Positions 43,095-54,585 of a stretch of DNA of 64,000 nt are shown one piece after another. Numbering within the stretch: the stretch's first letter is position 1; each line of letters begins with the position of its first letter. Origin of the DNA: Comamonadaceae bacterium. Lineage in GTDB: Bacteria > Pseudomonadota > Gammaproteobacteria > Burkholderiales > Burkholderiaceae_C. A program made the translations under genes and the position numbers. The stretch covers positions 28,874 through 92,873 of the forward strand of contig CANFOS010000011.1 in assembly GCA_947448735.1 (NCBI GenBank), read 5' to 3'. The notes below the pieces were generated by a model. It was not told the origin of the DNA, made no database searches, and was given only the letters and a program-made list of their open reading frames with translations.

Positions 43095-43797
43095 GATTGA
43101 AGGCTTTCTCTGCAAGTTGGTCGTCTGCAGCGCGAACCGCTGCGACAAATTGACTGATCAGCTCGGGGCTTTTGATTCCCTTGGAAATCTCGACGCCCGA
43201 GCTCACATCGACAGCCAGCGTTTTACCGCGTGGCCGGACTTGCAATATGCCGTCGCCCACGTTTGCAGGTGTGAGTCCACCAGACAAAACGAGGTGAGCA
43301 TTGACGCTTGGAGGAAGGAGTGACCAATTGAATGTTTTTCCGCCGCCGCCAAAACCTTCGACATGTGCGTCTAAAAGAATGGCTTGGGCTGATTTGAAGT
43401 CGTTGGTGTATTTTACGAGATCGAAATTGAGTCGTGCGTTTGGGGTTTCTTGATTCAGCGGGATGCGCGCCGCTTTGATGAACGGCCGGGCACTCTTTTG
43501 GGCTATGTGCAGGCACTCATCGGGCGTTTCATCACCATGAAATTGCAGCAAAGCACCCGAAATACCTTGGCAGGTAGCTATTATCTCTGTAGCGGGCGCA
43601 TTGACGAAAAGCAGCACGGGCGTCACGAACGGCGGCAGCCTGGCTGCCAGCTCAGCCGCTCGTGCCGGGCTGACGTAACGGGCGCTGCTCGCATACAGCA
43701 CAAAGCCAATCGCGTCGACCCCTGCGGCTACGGCGGCGTCAACGTCCTGTTCGCGGGTCAGGCCGCAGATTTTGATTCGGGTTCTGGCTTGATTCAT
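43072..43797 (-). CDS. trpF: Phosphoribosylanthranilate isomerase
   Basis: [33 protein letters not shown]. Confidence 0.96.
43552..43594 (-). repeat. 43-bp element, inside trpF
   Basis: CGCTAC-AGAGATA-ATAGC-N20-GTGCT. Confidence 0.7.
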
Positions 43798-44588
43798 GGC
43801 AGCCAATCATAAGACGCGGACCGGGTGGGCAGGCCGTACCTTTCTTCATAAACCGGTCCCAAAAAGTACAAACCATCTGGCGAAAAGGTGGGCGCTGCGG
43901 CGTCACGCCTTTTGGCAGCCATGACGTCGGCCATCCACTCAGGCTCGCGAAAGCCCTGGCCCACCGCCACTAGGCAGCCCATGATGTTGCGAATCATGTG
44001 GTGCAAAAAGGCGTTGGCTTGAAATTCAAAGCGCCAGTACGGCGAGCCTTGCCGCTGTGTGATGTCGATTCTTTGGATGTTTTTGATGGGCGATTTGGCC
44101 TGGCACTGAGCCGCTCGAAATGAACTGAAGTCGTGTTCGCCCAGCAAATAGCTTGCTGCCTGCCGCATTTTTTCACCGTCCAGCGTGCGGTAAACCCAGC
44201 CGACGCGGCCCGCCTCTACGCTTGGCCGCACCGGAGATTCGAGCACCACGTACGCATAGCGCCGGGCAATCGCACTGCCGCGTGAGTGAAATTCATCGGG
44301 CATCACACGCGCCCACTGCACGGCGATGTCTGCGGGTAAAAAGGCGTTGGTGCCGCGCACCCAGGAGCCAGTTTCGCGTTCAATTGGAGTGTCAAAATGC
44401 ACGACCTGCATCAGGCCGTGTACGCCTGCGTCGGTGCGCCCAGCGCAATTGACGCGGATGGGCCGAGCTGCAAATTTGGCCAGAGCACCTTCCAGTTTGT
44501 CCTGCACGGTGTTGCCCGAGAGCTGGCTTTGCCAGCCCTCGTAGGCGTTGCCGTTGTAACTGATGCCCAGAGCCAGCCTCAAAGTCAA
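43794..44588 (-). CDS. truA: tRNA pseudouridine(38-40) synthase
   Basis: AGRTDAGVH, FLHHMIRNIMG. Confidence 0.97.
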   Translation of the reverse strand: MTLRLALGISYNGNAYEGWQSQLSGNTVQDKLEGALAKFAARPIRVNCAGRTDAGVHGLMQVVHFDTPIERETGSWVRGTNAFLPADIAVQWARVMPDEFHSRGSAIARRYAYVVLESPVRPSVEAGRVGWVYRTLDGEKMRQAASYLLGEHDFSSFRAAQCQAKSPIKNIQRIDITQRQGSPYWRFEFQANAFLHHMIRNIMGCLVAVGQGFREPEWMADVMAAKRRDAAAPTFSPDGLYFLGPVYEERYGLPTRSASYDWLP

Positions 44589-44606
44589 ACCAGCCTCAAA
44601 GGCCGC

Positions 44607-47189
44607 TCATGACAAGGCGTTCAGAAACGCTTGTGCTCTGGTTTTCAGGCTGCCCTGTGCCTCGGCGACGACTTCACTGGCCAGTGAACGGGCACCATCG
44701 GCGTCGCCAAGAGCACGAAATTCTTCGGCCAGCGCCAATTTGGTCTCTAGCGGGCTTTCAACGGGCGGCGACACAGGCGCTGCGGCGGTAATTGCTGGGC
44801 TTTGAGCGGCCGGTGGATTCAGGTCGAGCGACAGGGACCCCATGTCGAACTCCAGCATGCCACTGTCAGGCGCCACGGGAGCCCGGGTCATGGGCTTGCT
44901 GGCGGCCGACAGCGGGTCAACACTGAAACTCAAGCTGTTACCGCTGGGCGGTGGCGCTACAGACACCGGTTGATCGACTGTGAAATCCATCTCCAGATCT
45001 TCGAAAATCGTATCTTCAGCCACTCGCAGGGATGCTGTTGGGCCTGGCGCGTCAACCGACCCGGCTGGTCTGACAGATGGTGCCGCCGAGCCAGCCCCAT
45101 CATCGACGGCAAAGTCCAGGTCCAGGTCAAAGTCGACCGCCGAATCAGCAAAGCCTGGCGACGCAACCATCATCTGCGGCGTGGTGTCTGCAGCAAAAGA
45201 TGTGGCTGCTAACGGCATCATGTCAGCTGCTACCCGTTCGCTCTTTTGCGGCTGGCCAGCGGGCTGGTACATCGGATTGCTGGGGTCCAGGTCATGACCC
45301 ATCTCGCAGATGTAAGCCCACTGCGGACCATTGCCGTTCGTGATGGGCAACGCCTGCGCAGCAATCATTTCAAAGGCTTTGAGGTCTCGCCGTTTGGCGT
45401 AAATTTCTATCAACTTGACATGAACGGCGACACGCGAGGGGTCGGTGCGCAGGGCTTCCTTCAGGATCTCCTCGGCCTGCAAATCGCGGCCGTAGGCCAG
45501 GTAGACATCGGCTTCTGCGACCGGGTCAACATCGCCAGCTGCATCGAGCTGGTTGGGTGAATACAGCATCGATGAGTCGGCCGCCTTGCCGTCTTCGCTG
45601 GTGTCGATGCGCTGACCACCGCTGGCACCAAAAAAAGAGTCAGGTTGCAGGCGGCTTTCCAGAAAAGAGTTTTCAACAGCGGCTTCGTCTCTGCGCTTTT
45701 TGACGCGGTAAAAGCCAAAACCAGCCAGCAGCGCCAAGAGCGCACCCAGGCCGGGCAAGACCAGCGGGTTGTCGGTCAGTTCATCAATCAGGCTGTGTTC
45801 AGGGGGTGGTGGCGCGGCTACGACGGGTTTTTTAACGGCGACCGGGGTGCTGGAGGCACCTGATGGTGCGACTGGTGCGGCAGTCGTCGGTGCGGCTGAT
45901 GCGCCAGAAGCCGCGGGCGTCGGCGATGAAGCGGATGCGGTCGCTGCCGCCACTGTGCTGCTGGCAGCAGCCAGCGGGGCCGCAACGGCGGGAACGGACA
46001 GTGCGGGTACCGCCGGCACGGTCAAACCAGGAGGATTTGCAGCGGCTGATGCAGCTGCGGCAGGTGCGCCAGGCGTCAGGCCGGCTATTTTGTTCAGGTC
46101 GCCGATGTTCTTGGCCAGCTCAGCGACACGGTCGGACGCGTCTTTGGCTTGCTTGTCTCTGACTATCTTGTCTTCAGCGGCAGCCTTGCCCTGCACAGCA
46201 CCCTTTGACAGCGTCAATTTGTCGGACACTGCCGCCGCCGGAGCGCGGTCTTCTACTGTGGCCTGAACCTTGCCAGCTGACTGGCGGTTGGCGCTTTCAA
46301 CTTGCGCAGCTGGCACGCCGCCGGCCAACCTTTGCTTGAAGTCGTTGAAGTCTTTGGACTGCGCTACGATGGTTCGGGATGCCTCGGAACGAGACACTGC
46401 AGCTGCTTGTTCAGCGGACGGCAGATCTAACACGACGCCTGATTTCAGCCGGTTGACGTTGCCACCGATGAAGGCGTCCGGGTTGCTCTTGAGCAGCGCC
46501 ACCAGCATCTGGTCAAGAGAAATACTTGGGACTTTGTTTTGCCCGGCAATCTTGCCCGCGGTATCGCCTGCCTTGACCCGGACCTCTGTGAGCTGCTTCC
46601 CGGCTATGGGCGCAGGTGTGGCTGGCGCCGATCTCGGGGCTGGCGCGGCTGCGCGAGGCGTGGGCTGCGCGAGGGGTGTCACAGGTGGCGCTGTCGTGCC
46701 GGAAGAAGGTGCACTGGGCGGCGACATGATGGGTGCAGTGGGCGCAACAGCGGCCGATGCCGGCGCCTGCCGCAGATTGGGTGGGTCAAACAGCATGGTG
46801 TAGTCACGCACCACACGGCCCGACGACCAGCTTGCCTCAAGAATGAGGTCTACGAAAGGCTCTGTGACTGGACGGGAACTGCTCAGGCTGAGGAAGGACC
46901 GCCCGTCAGCACGCTTTTGCAGGTTGATCTGAATGCCCACCACGGCGGCGCTGTAGTCGAGTCCCGCAGCCTTGAAGGTGGCCGCTGTGGCGACGCCCAC
47001 GCGCAGACTGGAGGCTTCGTCAGCGCTGATTTCAGGCACCTCAATTTCAGCTCTCAGCGCCTCACCCAGAGCTGACTGGACCGTGATGCGGCCCAGTCCA
47101 AGCGCATGGGCCGAGTTGATGGAAAGGCCGCCGATCAGCGCCATCGCTGCGCCCAAGGCAGCCAAGCTCCAGCTTGAGCGGTGTGTCAT
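44607..47189 (-). CDS. fimV: FimV/HubP-type polar landmark protein
   Basis: LGRITVQSALGEALRAEI, LysM-like domain, TM helix, DPVAEADVYLAYGR, KLALAEEF C-terminus; start uncertain (47189 or 47246). Confidence 0.92.
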   Translation of the reverse strand: MTHRSSWSLAALGAAMALIGGLSINSAHALGLGRITVQSALGEALRAEIEVPEISADEASSLRVGVATAATFKAAGLDYSAAVVGIQINLQKRADGRSFLSLSSSRPVTEPFVDLILEASWSSGRVVRDYTMLFDPPNLRQAPASAAVAPTAPIMSPPSAPSSGTTAPPVTPLAQPTPRAAAPAPRSAPATPAPIAGKQLTEVRVKAGDTAGKIAGQNKVPSISLDQMLVALLKSNPDAFIGGNVNRLKSGVVLDLPSAEQAAAVSRSEASRTIVAQSKDFNDFKQRLAGGVPAAQVESANRQSAGKVQATVEDRAPAAAVSDKLTLSKGAVQGKAAAEDKIVRDKQAKDASDRVAELAKNIGDLNKIAGLTPGAPAAAASAAANPPGLTVPAVPALSVPAVAAPLAAASSTVAAATASASSPTPAASGASAAPTTAAPVAPSGASSTPVAVKKPVVAAPPPPEHSLIDELTDNPLVLPGLGALLALLAGFGFYRVKKRRDEAAVENSFLESRLQPDSFFGASGGQRIDTSEDGKAADSSMLYSPNQLDAAGDVDPVAEADVYLAYGRDLQAEEILKEALRTDPSRVAVHVKLIEIYAKRRDLKAFEMIAAQALPITNGNGPQWAYICEMGHDLDPSNPMYQPAGQPQKSERVAADMMPLAATSFAADTTPQMMVASPGFADSAVDFDLDLDFAVDDGAGSAAPSVRPAGSVDAPGPTASLRVAEDTIFEDLEMDFTVDQPVSVAPPPSGNSLSFSVDPLSAASKPMTRAPVAPDSGMLEFDMGSLSLDLNPPAAQSPAITAAAPVSPPVESPLETKLALAEEFRALGDADGARSLASEVVAEAQGSLKTRAQAFLNALS

Positions 47190-47487
47190 GGAATTTTGAG
47201 CCCCGAGTGCCCGATTGACGTGTAACTTTATTTTGCTTGAGCGCACAAAAACCTCAATGCGAATTTTTGAAAAACCAATTTAACATCAGGGTGTTAGGCT
47301 GACAAGCTAAGACTCCACTTAAGTTTTGACCCACCCTGCCAGCGGGGGCTCACACGCGGTAATTGTTGCCTATTGGCAACGTTCATTGACAATTGCTTAC
47401 GTTTTGACCTTTGTCGGTGCATTTATATCGATCTGTCACCCAGCGGTCCGATTTTCTCAAGGCGATCCCGACCTCGTGGTTCAAGCA

Positions 47488-48627
47488 TCAATCTTCCAGC
47501 AGGATGCGCAGCATGCGGCGCAATGGCTCCGCAGCGCCCCACAGCAGTTGGTCTCCCACGGTAAAGGCACCCAGGTAATCTGACCCCATGGCCAGCTTGC
47601 GCAGACGTCCCACCGGGATCGTCATCGTGCCGGTCACGGCCACGGGCGTCAGGTCTTGGGTGGTGGCTTCCCGCGTGTTGGGCACCACTTTGACCCAGGC
47701 GTTGTCTGCAGCAATCATGGTCTCGATGTCAGCCAGCGGCACGTCTTTTTTCAGCTTGAAGGTCAAGGCCTGGCTGTGGCAGCGCATCGCGCCTACACGC
47801 ACACAAAAGCCATCGACCGGTACGGCGGGCACGCCAAAACCCGCGCCTTGGCCCAGAATCTTGTTGGTCTCAGCGCCAGCTTTCCATTCTTCTTTGCTCG
47901 AACCATCACCCAAGTCTTTGTCAATCCATGGAATCAGCGAGCCGCCCAGCGGCACGCCAAAGTTGGCGGTCTCAACGGCTGACAGGCTGTGTTGCTTGGC
48001 AAGCACGCGGCGGTCGATTTCTAAAATCGCCGATTTCGGGTCGTCCAGCAGGGCTTTGACTTCACCGTTCAAGGTGCCAAATTGCGTCAGCAACTCGCGC
48101 ATGTGTTGTGCGCCGCCGCCCGACGCCGCCTGATAAGTCATGGATGTCATCCACTCGACCAAACCGGCCTTGTACAGCGCGCCCACACCCATCAGCATGC
48201 AGCTGACGGTGCAGTTGCCGCCAATCCAGTTGTTGCCACCTTTGGCCAGGGCGTTTTTGATGACCGGCAAGTTCACCGGGTCCAGAATGATGACCGCATC
48301 GTCCTTCATGCGCAGCGTCGACGCGGCGTCAATCCAGTGGCCGTTCCAGCCGGCAGCGCGCAGCTTGGGGTAGACCTCGGCTGTGTAGTCACCGCCTTGC
48401 GCGGTGATGATGATGTCGCACTTTTTCAATGCGGCAATGTCCATCGCGTCTTTCAGCGTGGTTTCGTTCTTGGCCTGCGCCGGGGCTTTTGCGCCTGCGT
48501 TGGATGTGGAAAAGAACACTGGCTCGATCAGCGCGAAGTCGTTTTCCGCGCTCATGCGGTCCATCAGCACCGAGCCGACCATGCCGCGCCAGCCGACGAG
48601 GCCGACTGTGTTTCCTGAGATTTTCAT
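47488..48627 (-). CDS. asd: Aspartate-semialdehyde dehydrogenase
   Basis: [37 protein letters not shown]. Confidence 0.98.
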   Translation of the reverse strand: MKISGNTVGLVGWRGMVGSVLMDRMSAENDFALIEPVFFSTSNAGAKAPAQAKNETTLKDAMDIAALKKCDIIITAQGGDYTAEVYPKLRAAGWNGHWIDAASTLRMKDDAVIILDPVNLPVIKNALAKGGNNWIGGNCTVSCMLMGVGALYKAGLVEWMTSMTYQAASGGGAQHMRELLTQFGTLNGEVKALLDDPKSAILEIDRRVLAKQHSLSAVETANFGVPLGGSLIPWIDKDLGDGSSKEEWKAGAETNKILGQGAGFGVPAVPVDGFCVRVGAMRCHSQALTFKLKKDVPLADIETMIAADNAWVKVVPNTREATTQDLTPVAVTGTMTIPVGRLRKLAMGSDYLGAFTVGDQLLWGAAEPLRRMLRILLED

Positions 48628-48700
48628 TGGAGTTGCCCTTATCAAAAAATGATTCTTTGACCCGGCTCATCGAGCCAGCGGGCACGACGAGGCGGGCTTG

Positions 48701-48736
48701 CTAGCCTTTGGTGCCTGTCGTTTTAATTGCGTTCAT
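48701..48736 (-). CDS. Putative leader peptide MNAIKTTGTKG upstream of asd
   Basis: ATG AAC GCA ATT AAA ACG ACA GGC ACC AAA GGC TAG; enriched in aspartate-family residues; followed by a hairpin. Confidence 0.6.
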   Translation of the reverse strand: MNAIKTTGTKG

Positions 48737-48749
48737 GACCGTATTGTAA

Positions 48750-49847
48750 TCAGCCCAGAGCCTTGACCACCGCGTCACCCATCTCTCGCGTGCCGACACG
48801 GGTCGTGCCTTCGCTGTAGATGTCGGGGGTGCGCAGGCCCTGGCTGAGCACGGCGTCTACAGCCTTCTCAATCCGCGCAGCAGCCTCGTTCTGGTTCAGG
48901 CTAAAGCGCAGCATCATGGCAGCGCTCAAAATCGTGGCCAGTGGATTTGCCACGCCTTTGCCTGCAATGTCCGGCGCACTGCCGTGGCTGGGCTCATACA
49001 GGCCCTGGTTTTTGGCGTTCAGGCTGGCTGAGGGCAACATGCCGATAGAGCCGGTCAGCATGGCTGCGGCGTCAGACAAGATGTCGCCAAACATGTTGCC
49101 AGTGACCACCACATCGAATTTTTTAGGCGCCTTGACGAGTTGCATGGCCGCGTTGTCAACGTACATGTGGTCCAGCGCGACGTCGGGGTATTGCAGGCCA
49201 ATCTCGGTCACCACGTCTTTCCAGAGCTGAAAGGTCTCCAGAACGTTGGCTTTGTCAACGCTGGTGACGCGCCCGGGGCCCTGGTCAGGGCCACGTTCTG
49301 TAGCACGTTTGCGTGCCGCCTGAAAAGCGACATGTGCAATCCGCTCAATCTCGGGCCGCGAATAGCGCATGGTGTCAAAAGCTTCCTCGCTGCCGGGGAA
49401 GTGCCCGTCTACCGCCACACGCCTGCCGCGTGGCTGGCCAAAGTAAATGTCGCCGGTCAGCTCGCGGATGATCAAAATATCCAGCCCGCTGACCAATTCG
49501 CGTTTCAAGCTCGACGCATCAACCAGCTGCGGGTAGCAGATCGCCGGGCGAAAGTTGGCAAACAGGCCGAGGTTTTTACGCAGGCCCAAAATGGCCTGCT
49601 CCGGGCGCAGCGGGCGGTCGAGCGTGTCGTATTTCCAGTCGCCGACGGCACCGAAGAGCACCGCATCGGCTTCTTTGGCAAGCTTCAAGGTCGCGTCAGG
49701 CAGCGGATGGCCGAAAGCCTCGTAGGCGGCACCACCGACGAGCGCGATCTCGGTTTCAAACTTCAGGTCTAAAACCTTCAACACCTTGACCGCTTCAGCG
49801 ACGATTTCAGTGCCAATGCCGTCACCGGGCAGGATTGCGATTTTCAT
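48750..49847 (-). CDS. leuB: 3-isopropylmalate dehydrogenase
   Basis: [30 protein letters not shown]. Confidence 0.98.
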   Translation of the reverse strand: MKIAILPGDGIGTEIVAEAVKVLKVLDLKFETEIALVGGAAYEAFGHPLPDATLKLAKEADAVLFGAVGDWKYDTLDRPLRPEQAILGLRKNLGLFANFRPAICYPQLVDASSLKRELVSGLDILIIRELTGDIYFGQPRGRRVAVDGHFPGSEEAFDTMRYSRPEIERIAHVAFQAARKRATERGPDQGPGRVTSVDKANVLETFQLWKDVVTEIGLQYPDVALDHMYVDNAAMQLVKAPKKFDVVVTGNMFGDILSDAAAMLTGSIGMLPSASLNAKNQGLYEPSHGSAPDIAGKGVANPLATILSAAMMLRFSLNQNEAAARIEKAVDAVLSQGLRTPDIYSEGTTRVGTREMGDAVVKALG

Positions 49848-49860
49848 GGTTTAACTTCTT

Positions 49861-49903
49861 TACTATTATTTTTATAGCTGCCCATCCAGGTTTTGATTGG
49901 GCT
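49861..49903 (+). repeat. 43-bp element, leuD-leuB intergenic
   Basis: TACTAT-TATTTTT-ATAGC-N20-GGGCT. Confidence 0.8.
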
Positions 49904-49942
49904 AGCCTCATTTGGCGGGGTGAAAAGGCGAAAAATGCGAAA

Positions 49943-50593
49943 TCAAGCCGGAATCATGTGGTTCAGCCACGGTTTGGTCGCCAAGCGCTCGGCCTCGAAG
50001 GACCTGATTTTGTCACTGTGCAACAGGGTCAAACCAATGTCGTCCAGCCCATTGATCAGGCAGTATTTGCGAAACTCTTCAACGTTAAAAGGAATCTCTT
50101 CACCCTGCGGTTTCACAATCATCTGGCGTGCCAGGTCAATCGTCAGCTTGTAGCCGGGGAAGGCCAGCGCCTCTGCGAATAAAGCCGCTACTTGCGCCTC
50201 GGGCAGCACGATGGGCAGCAGGCCATTTTTAAAACTGTTGTTGAAAAAGATGTCGGCATAGCTGGGCGCAATGATGGCGCGAAAGCCGTATTGGTCGAGC
50301 GCCCAGGGTGCGTGCTCACGCGACGAGCCGCAGCCAAAATTTTTACGCGCCAGCAGCACCGATGCGCCTTTGTAGCGCGGCTGGTTCAGCACAAAGTCAG
50401 GGTTGGGCTTGCGGCTTGCCGGGTCCTGGCCAGGCTCGCCTGGGTCCAGGTAGCGCCAGGCATCAAACAGGTTGGGGCCAAAACCGGTTTTGCGAATCGA
50501 CTTTAAAAACTGCTTCGGAATGATCGCGTCGGTGTCGACGTTCTCGCGGTCCATGGGAGCAACCAAGCCAGTGTGGAGTGTGAATTTTTGCAT
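49943..50593 (-). CDS. leuD: 3-isopropylmalate dehydratase small subunit
   Basis: [26 protein letters not shown]. Confidence 0.98.
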   Translation of the reverse strand: MQKFTLHTGLVAPMDRENVDTDAIIPKQFLKSIRKTGFGPNLFDAWRYLDPGEPGQDPASRKPNPDFVLNQPRYKGASVLLARKNFGCGSSREHAPWALDQYGFRAIIAPSYADIFFNNSFKNGLLPIVLPEAQVAALFAEALAFPGYKLTIDLARQMIVKPQGEEIPFNVEEFRKYCLINGLDDIGLTLLHSDKIRSFEAERLATKPWLNHMIPA

Positions 50594-50602
50594 GATGATC
50601 TC

Positions 50603-52024
50603 TTAAACGAATCTGCGCACATCAACAAAGTGGCCGTGCACGGCCGCAGCCGCCGCCATCGCCGGGCTGACCAGATGGGTTCTCCCGCCCGCGCCCTGCC
50701 GGCCTTCAAAGTTGCGGTTGCTGGTGGATGCACAGCGCTCGCCAGGCTCCAGCTTGTCGGCGTTCATGGCCAGGCACATGCTGCAGCCCGGTTCGCGCCA
50801 CTCAAAGCCTGCAGCCTTGAAGATCACGTCCAGGCCTTCACGCTCGGCTTGTTCTTTGACCAAGCCTGAGCCCGGCACAACGAGTGCCAGCTTGATGTTT
50901 TTGGCGACCTTTTGGCCAATTTTCTTCACCACAGCGGCGGCTTCGCGCATGTCTTCAATCCGGCTGTTGGTGCAGCTGCCGATGAAGACCTTGTCCACGT
51001 ACAAATCATTCAGGGCCTTGCCCGGCTGCAGGTTCATGTAAGTCAGGGCGCGCTCAATCGCATCGCGCTTGTTGGCGTCTTTTTCCTTGTCAGGGTCGGG
51101 CACGATGTCGTTGATGGACAGCACCATCTCTGGCGAGGTGCCCCAGGTCACCTGCGGCAAGATTTGGCTGGCGTCCAGCTCAACCACTTTGTCAAACACC
51201 GCGTTGGCATCTGACTGCAGGGTTGACCAGTAGCGCATCGCCAGGTCCCATTCCACCCCCGTGGGTGACAACAAGCGGCCTTTGCAGTAATCCAGTGTTT
51301 TTTGGTCCACTGCCACCAAGCCAGCGCGTGCACCCGCTTCAATCGCCATGTTGCAGACCGTCATGCGGCCTTCCATGCTGAGGGCCCGAATGGCAGCGCC
51401 TGCAAACTCAATCGTGTAGCCGGTGCCGCCCGCTGTGCCAATTTTGCCAATGATGGCCAGCACGATGTCTTTGCCAGTGCAACCTTTTGGCAGCGTGCCT
51501 TCGACCTTGATGAGCAGGTTTTTGGCTTTTTTGGCCAGCAGCGTGTTGGTGGCCAGCACGTGCTCGACCTCGCTGGTGCCAATGCCGTGAGCCAGTGCGC
51601 CAAAGGCGCCGTGGGTTGACGTGTGCGAGTCACCGCAGACCACCGTCATGCCTGGCAGCGTCGCGCCGTTTTCAGGGCCTATCACATGCACGATGCCCTG
51701 GCGTTTTGACAGGAAGGGGAAGAACGCCGCAGCGCCGTGCTCCTTGATGTTCGCGTCGAGTGTGGTGATCTGCTCTTTGCTCACCAGGTCGGTGATGCCG
51801 TCGTAGCCCAGCTCCCATCCGGTGGTGGGGGTGTTGTGGTCGGCTGTCGCCACAATCGAGCTGATGCGCCAGACTTTGCGTTTGGCTTCACGCAGGCCTT
51901 CGAAGGCTTGCGGGCTGGTGACTTCGTGCACCAGGTGGCGGTCAATGTAAAGGATGGAGGTGCCGTCTTCCTCGGTGTGGATGACGTGCTCGTCCCAGAT
52001 TTTGTCGTAGAGTGTTTTTGCCAT
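50603..52024 (-). CDS. leuC: 3-isopropylmalate dehydratase large subunit
   Basis: [29 protein letters not shown]. Confidence 0.99.
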   Translation of the reverse strand: MAKTLYDKIWDEHVIHTEEDGTSILYIDRHLVHEVTSPQAFEGLREAKRKVWRISSIVATADHNTPTTGWELGYDGITDLVSKEQITTLDANIKEHGAAAFFPFLSKRQGIVHVIGPENGATLPGMTVVCGDSHTSTHGAFGALAHGIGTSEVEHVLATNTLLAKKAKNLLIKVEGTLPKGCTGKDIVLAIIGKIGTAGGTGYTIEFAGAAIRALSMEGRMTVCNMAIEAGARAGLVAVDQKTLDYCKGRLLSPTGVEWDLAMRYWSTLQSDANAVFDKVVELDASQILPQVTWGTSPEMVLSINDIVPDPDKEKDANKRDAIERALTYMNLQPGKALNDLYVDKVFIGSCTNSRIEDMREAAAVVKKIGQKVAKNIKLALVVPGSGLVKEQAEREGLDVIFKAAGFEWREPGCSMCLAMNADKLEPGERCASTSNRNFEGRQGAGGRTHLVSPAMAAAAAVHGHFVDVRRFV

Positions 52025-52049
52025 ATTTTTCTTTCAAGAATGTCTGATT

Positions 52050-52976
52050 TTAAGTGTCTTGGTCTGCGGTCAGGTGCTCAACCAGAAGTCGCGCCGTGAC
52101 CGGCAGGGTTGAAAAGTCCCGCGCCACCAGATGGATGCGCCGCAATGCCCAGTCGTCCAGCAGCTCAATCGACGCCAGCTCGCCCACGCCATTCATCAGC
52201 TCAAAGGCGCGTTGCGGCATCACGCCCACACCCAGGCCGTTGTGAATCATCCGGCACACGGCGTCCAGGCTGGTCACGTGAATACGCAGTTTGATCGTGC
52301 GCCCAACGGCGGCGGCCGCCTGCTGCATGGCGATGTAAATCGAGCTGTTGGTGTGCAGGCCGACCTGGTCGTAGTCTAGCGATGCTTCAAAATAAATAGC
52401 TGCTTGTTCAGATAAAACATGGCCTCTGGGCACAATCAGTACCAGCTTGTCGGTCCGGTAGGGCAAACTTTGCAGCTCGCCCACGCCGTCAGCGACGTTG
52501 CAAATGCCCAGATCCGCAGCACCCTCCGCCACGGCCCTGACGATCTCGGTGCTCAGGTGCTCTTCCAGGTCAATTTTGACTTCTGGGTGGGTGCGGATGA
52601 ACGCGCCCAGGTCTTCCGGCAAAAACTGGACGATCGCCGAAATGCTGGCGTGCACACGGACATGGCCGCGCACACCGTCGGCGTACTCGCTCAGTTCGCC
52701 TTGCATTTTCTCCAGGCTGAACAGCACTGAGCGCGCATGGTGCAACAGACTTTCGCCTGCCGGCGTCAGGCCCACGCCGCGCGTATGGCGGTAGAGCAGG
52801 GCCGTGCCCAGAGTCGCTTCCAGATCGCTCAGCCGTTTGCTGACCGCCGACGCCGCAATAAATTCCCGCTCGGCAGCCTTGCCAATGCTGCCCAGCTCGC
52901 ACACCGCGACAAAGAGCTGAAGCGAGGTCAGGTCGATGCGGCGGGCAAAGTTGCGTTCTGAGCTTTTGAGGGTCAT
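52050..52976 (-). CDS. LysR-family transcriptional regulator
   Basis: HTH (LQLFVAVCELGSI...SAVSKRLSDLE), LysR substrate domain; start approximate. Confidence 0.93.
   Translation of the reverse strand: MTLKSSERNFARRIDLTSLQLFVAVCELGSIGKAAEREFIAASAVSKRLSDLEATLGTALLYRHTRGVGLTPAGESLLHHARSVLFSLEKMQGELSEYADGVRGHVRVHASISAIVQFLPEDLGAFIRTHPEVKIDLEEHLSTEIVRAVAEGAADLGICNVADGVGELQSLPYRTDKLVLIVPRGHVLSEQAAIYFEASLDYDQVGLHTNSSIYIAMQQAAAAVGRTIKLRIHVTSLDAVCRMIHNGLGVGVMPQRAFELMNGVGELASIELLDDWALRRIHLVARDFSTLPVTARLLVEHLTADQDT
52383..52425 (+). repeat. 43-bp element, inside the LysR gene
   Basis: TGCTTC-AAAATAA-ATAGC-N20-GGCCT. Confidence 0.8.
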
Positions 52977-53151
52977 GAGGCTTGAATGCATCGTCAAACA
53001 CGATGAGAGCTCATTTTGACTTACGCGAAACCTAAAGGCCATCGCCTTTCGCGATGTCGGACGTGCCCAAAACCGCTGCTCTTGAACGATCAGGTCAAAA
53101 ATCTAGGGTTTTAAACCAAAAAGACCTTTTTCAGCTGTGTTTTAGGGCTTT

Positions 53152-53194
53152 AGGCCACAGAACCTGTGCGCGAGCTGCTATTGATTAAATAGCA
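53152..53194 (-). repeat. 43-bp element, between the gltA terminator and the LysR gene
   Basis: TGCTAT-TTAATCA-ATAGC-N20-GGCCT. Confidence 0.85.
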
Positions 53195-53197
53195 AAT

Positions 53198-53234
53198 AAA
53201 AAAGCCCGTTGATGTCACCATCAGCGAGCTTTTT
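53198..53234. terminator. Terminator after gltA, possibly bidirectional
   Basis: AAAAAAGC-C-CGTTGATG-TCAC-CATCAGCG-A-GCTTTTT. Confidence 0.7.
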
Positions 53235-53250
53235 GTTGATTAAAACCAGA

Positions 53251-54561
53251 TCAGCGTTGCGCCAGAGGCTTCACGTCACGTGATACCGAGCCGGTGAACA
53301 ACTGGCGTGGGCGGCCAATCTTGTATTCTGGGTCGCCAATCATTTCGTTCAGTTGGGCAATCCAGCCGACCGTGCGGGCCAGCGCAAAGATGGCGGTGAA
53401 CAGTGGCACCGGGATGCCAATGGCGCGCTGCACAATGCCCGAGTAGAAGTCGACATTGGGATAGAGCTTGCGGCTGACGAAGTAATCGTCTTCCAGGGCA
53501 ATTTTTTCCAGTGCCATGGCCAACTTGAACAGTGGGTCGTTTTGCAGACCCATTTCCAGCAGCACTTCCTTGCAGGTCTCCTGCATCAGCTTGGCGCGCG
53601 GGTCGTAGTTTTTGTAAACCCGGTGGCCAAACCCCATCAGCTTGACGCTGGAGTTTTTGTCTTTGACCTGCTTGATGAAGTCGCCGATTTTCTCGATGCC
53701 GCCTTGCTTCTGGATGTCGCCCAGCATATTCAGGGCCGCTTCATTGGCGCCGCCGTGGGCCGGGCCCCACAGGCAGGCCACGCCTGCGGCAATGGCTGCA
53801 AACGGGTTGGTGCCAGACGAGCCGCACAGGCGCACGGTCGAGGTCGATGCGTTTTGCTCGTGGTCTGCGTGCAGGATAAAGATGCGGTCCAAGGCGCGCT
53901 CGAGCACGGGGTTGACCTTGTACTCTTCACACGGCGTGGCAAACATCATGTGCAAAAAGTTGCCGGCGTAGCTTAAAGAGTTCTTCGGGTACATGTAGGG
54001 CTGGCCCATCGTGTACTTGTAAGCCATCGCCACCAGTGTGGGCAGCTTGGCAATCAGGCGGATGGCCGAAATGTCGCGGTGCTGGGGGTTGGTGATGTCG
54101 GTGCTGTCATGGTAGAAGGCCGACAGGGCCCCCACCAAGCCGGTCATGATGGCCATCGGATGTGCGTCACGGCGGAAACCGCGCAGGAAAAACTGCATCT
54201 GCTCGTTGACCATGGTGTGGTTGGTCACGCGCGACACGAAGTCTTTTTTCTGTGCTACGTCAGGCAACTCACCGTACAGCAACAGATGGCAGGTTTCCAT
54301 GTAGTCACAGTTGGTGGCCAACTGCTCGATGGGGTAACCGCGGTACAGCAGTTCGCCCTTGTCGCCGTCGATGTAAGTAATCGCTGACTGGCAGGAGGCG
54401 GTTGACAAAAAGCCAGGGTCGTAAGTGAACATGCCGGTCTGTGCGTACAGCTTGCGTATGTCCACCACATCGGGACCCACATTACCCTGGTAGACAGGCA
54501 AGTCGATGCTGGGGCTGCCGTTGCTAAACGACAGGGTGGCTTTGTTGTCAGCGAGCTTCAT
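53251..54561 (-). CDS. gltA: Citrate synthase (type II)
   Basis: [37 protein letters not shown]. Confidence 0.99.
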   Translation of the reverse strand: MKLADNKATLSFSNGSPSIDLPVYQGNVGPDVVDIRKLYAQTGMFTYDPGFLSTASCQSAITYIDGDKGELLYRGYPIEQLATNCDYMETCHLLLYGELPDVAQKKDFVSRVTNHTMVNEQMQFFLRGFRRDAHPMAIMTGLVGALSAFYHDSTDITNPQHRDISAIRLIAKLPTLVAMAYKYTMGQPYMYPKNSLSYAGNFLHMMFATPCEEYKVNPVLERALDRIFILHADHEQNASTSTVRLCGSSGTNPFAAIAAGVACLWGPAHGGANEAALNMLGDIQKQGGIEKIGDFIKQVKDKNSSVKLMGFGHRVYKNYDPRAKLMQETCKEVLLEMGLQNDPLFKLAMALEKIALEDDYFVSRKLYPNVDFYSGIVQRAIGIPVPLFTAIFALARTVGWIAQLNEMIGDPEYKIGRPRQLFTGSVSRDVKPLAQR

Positions 54562-54585
54562 AGTGTGCTTTCTAAAAATATCAAA

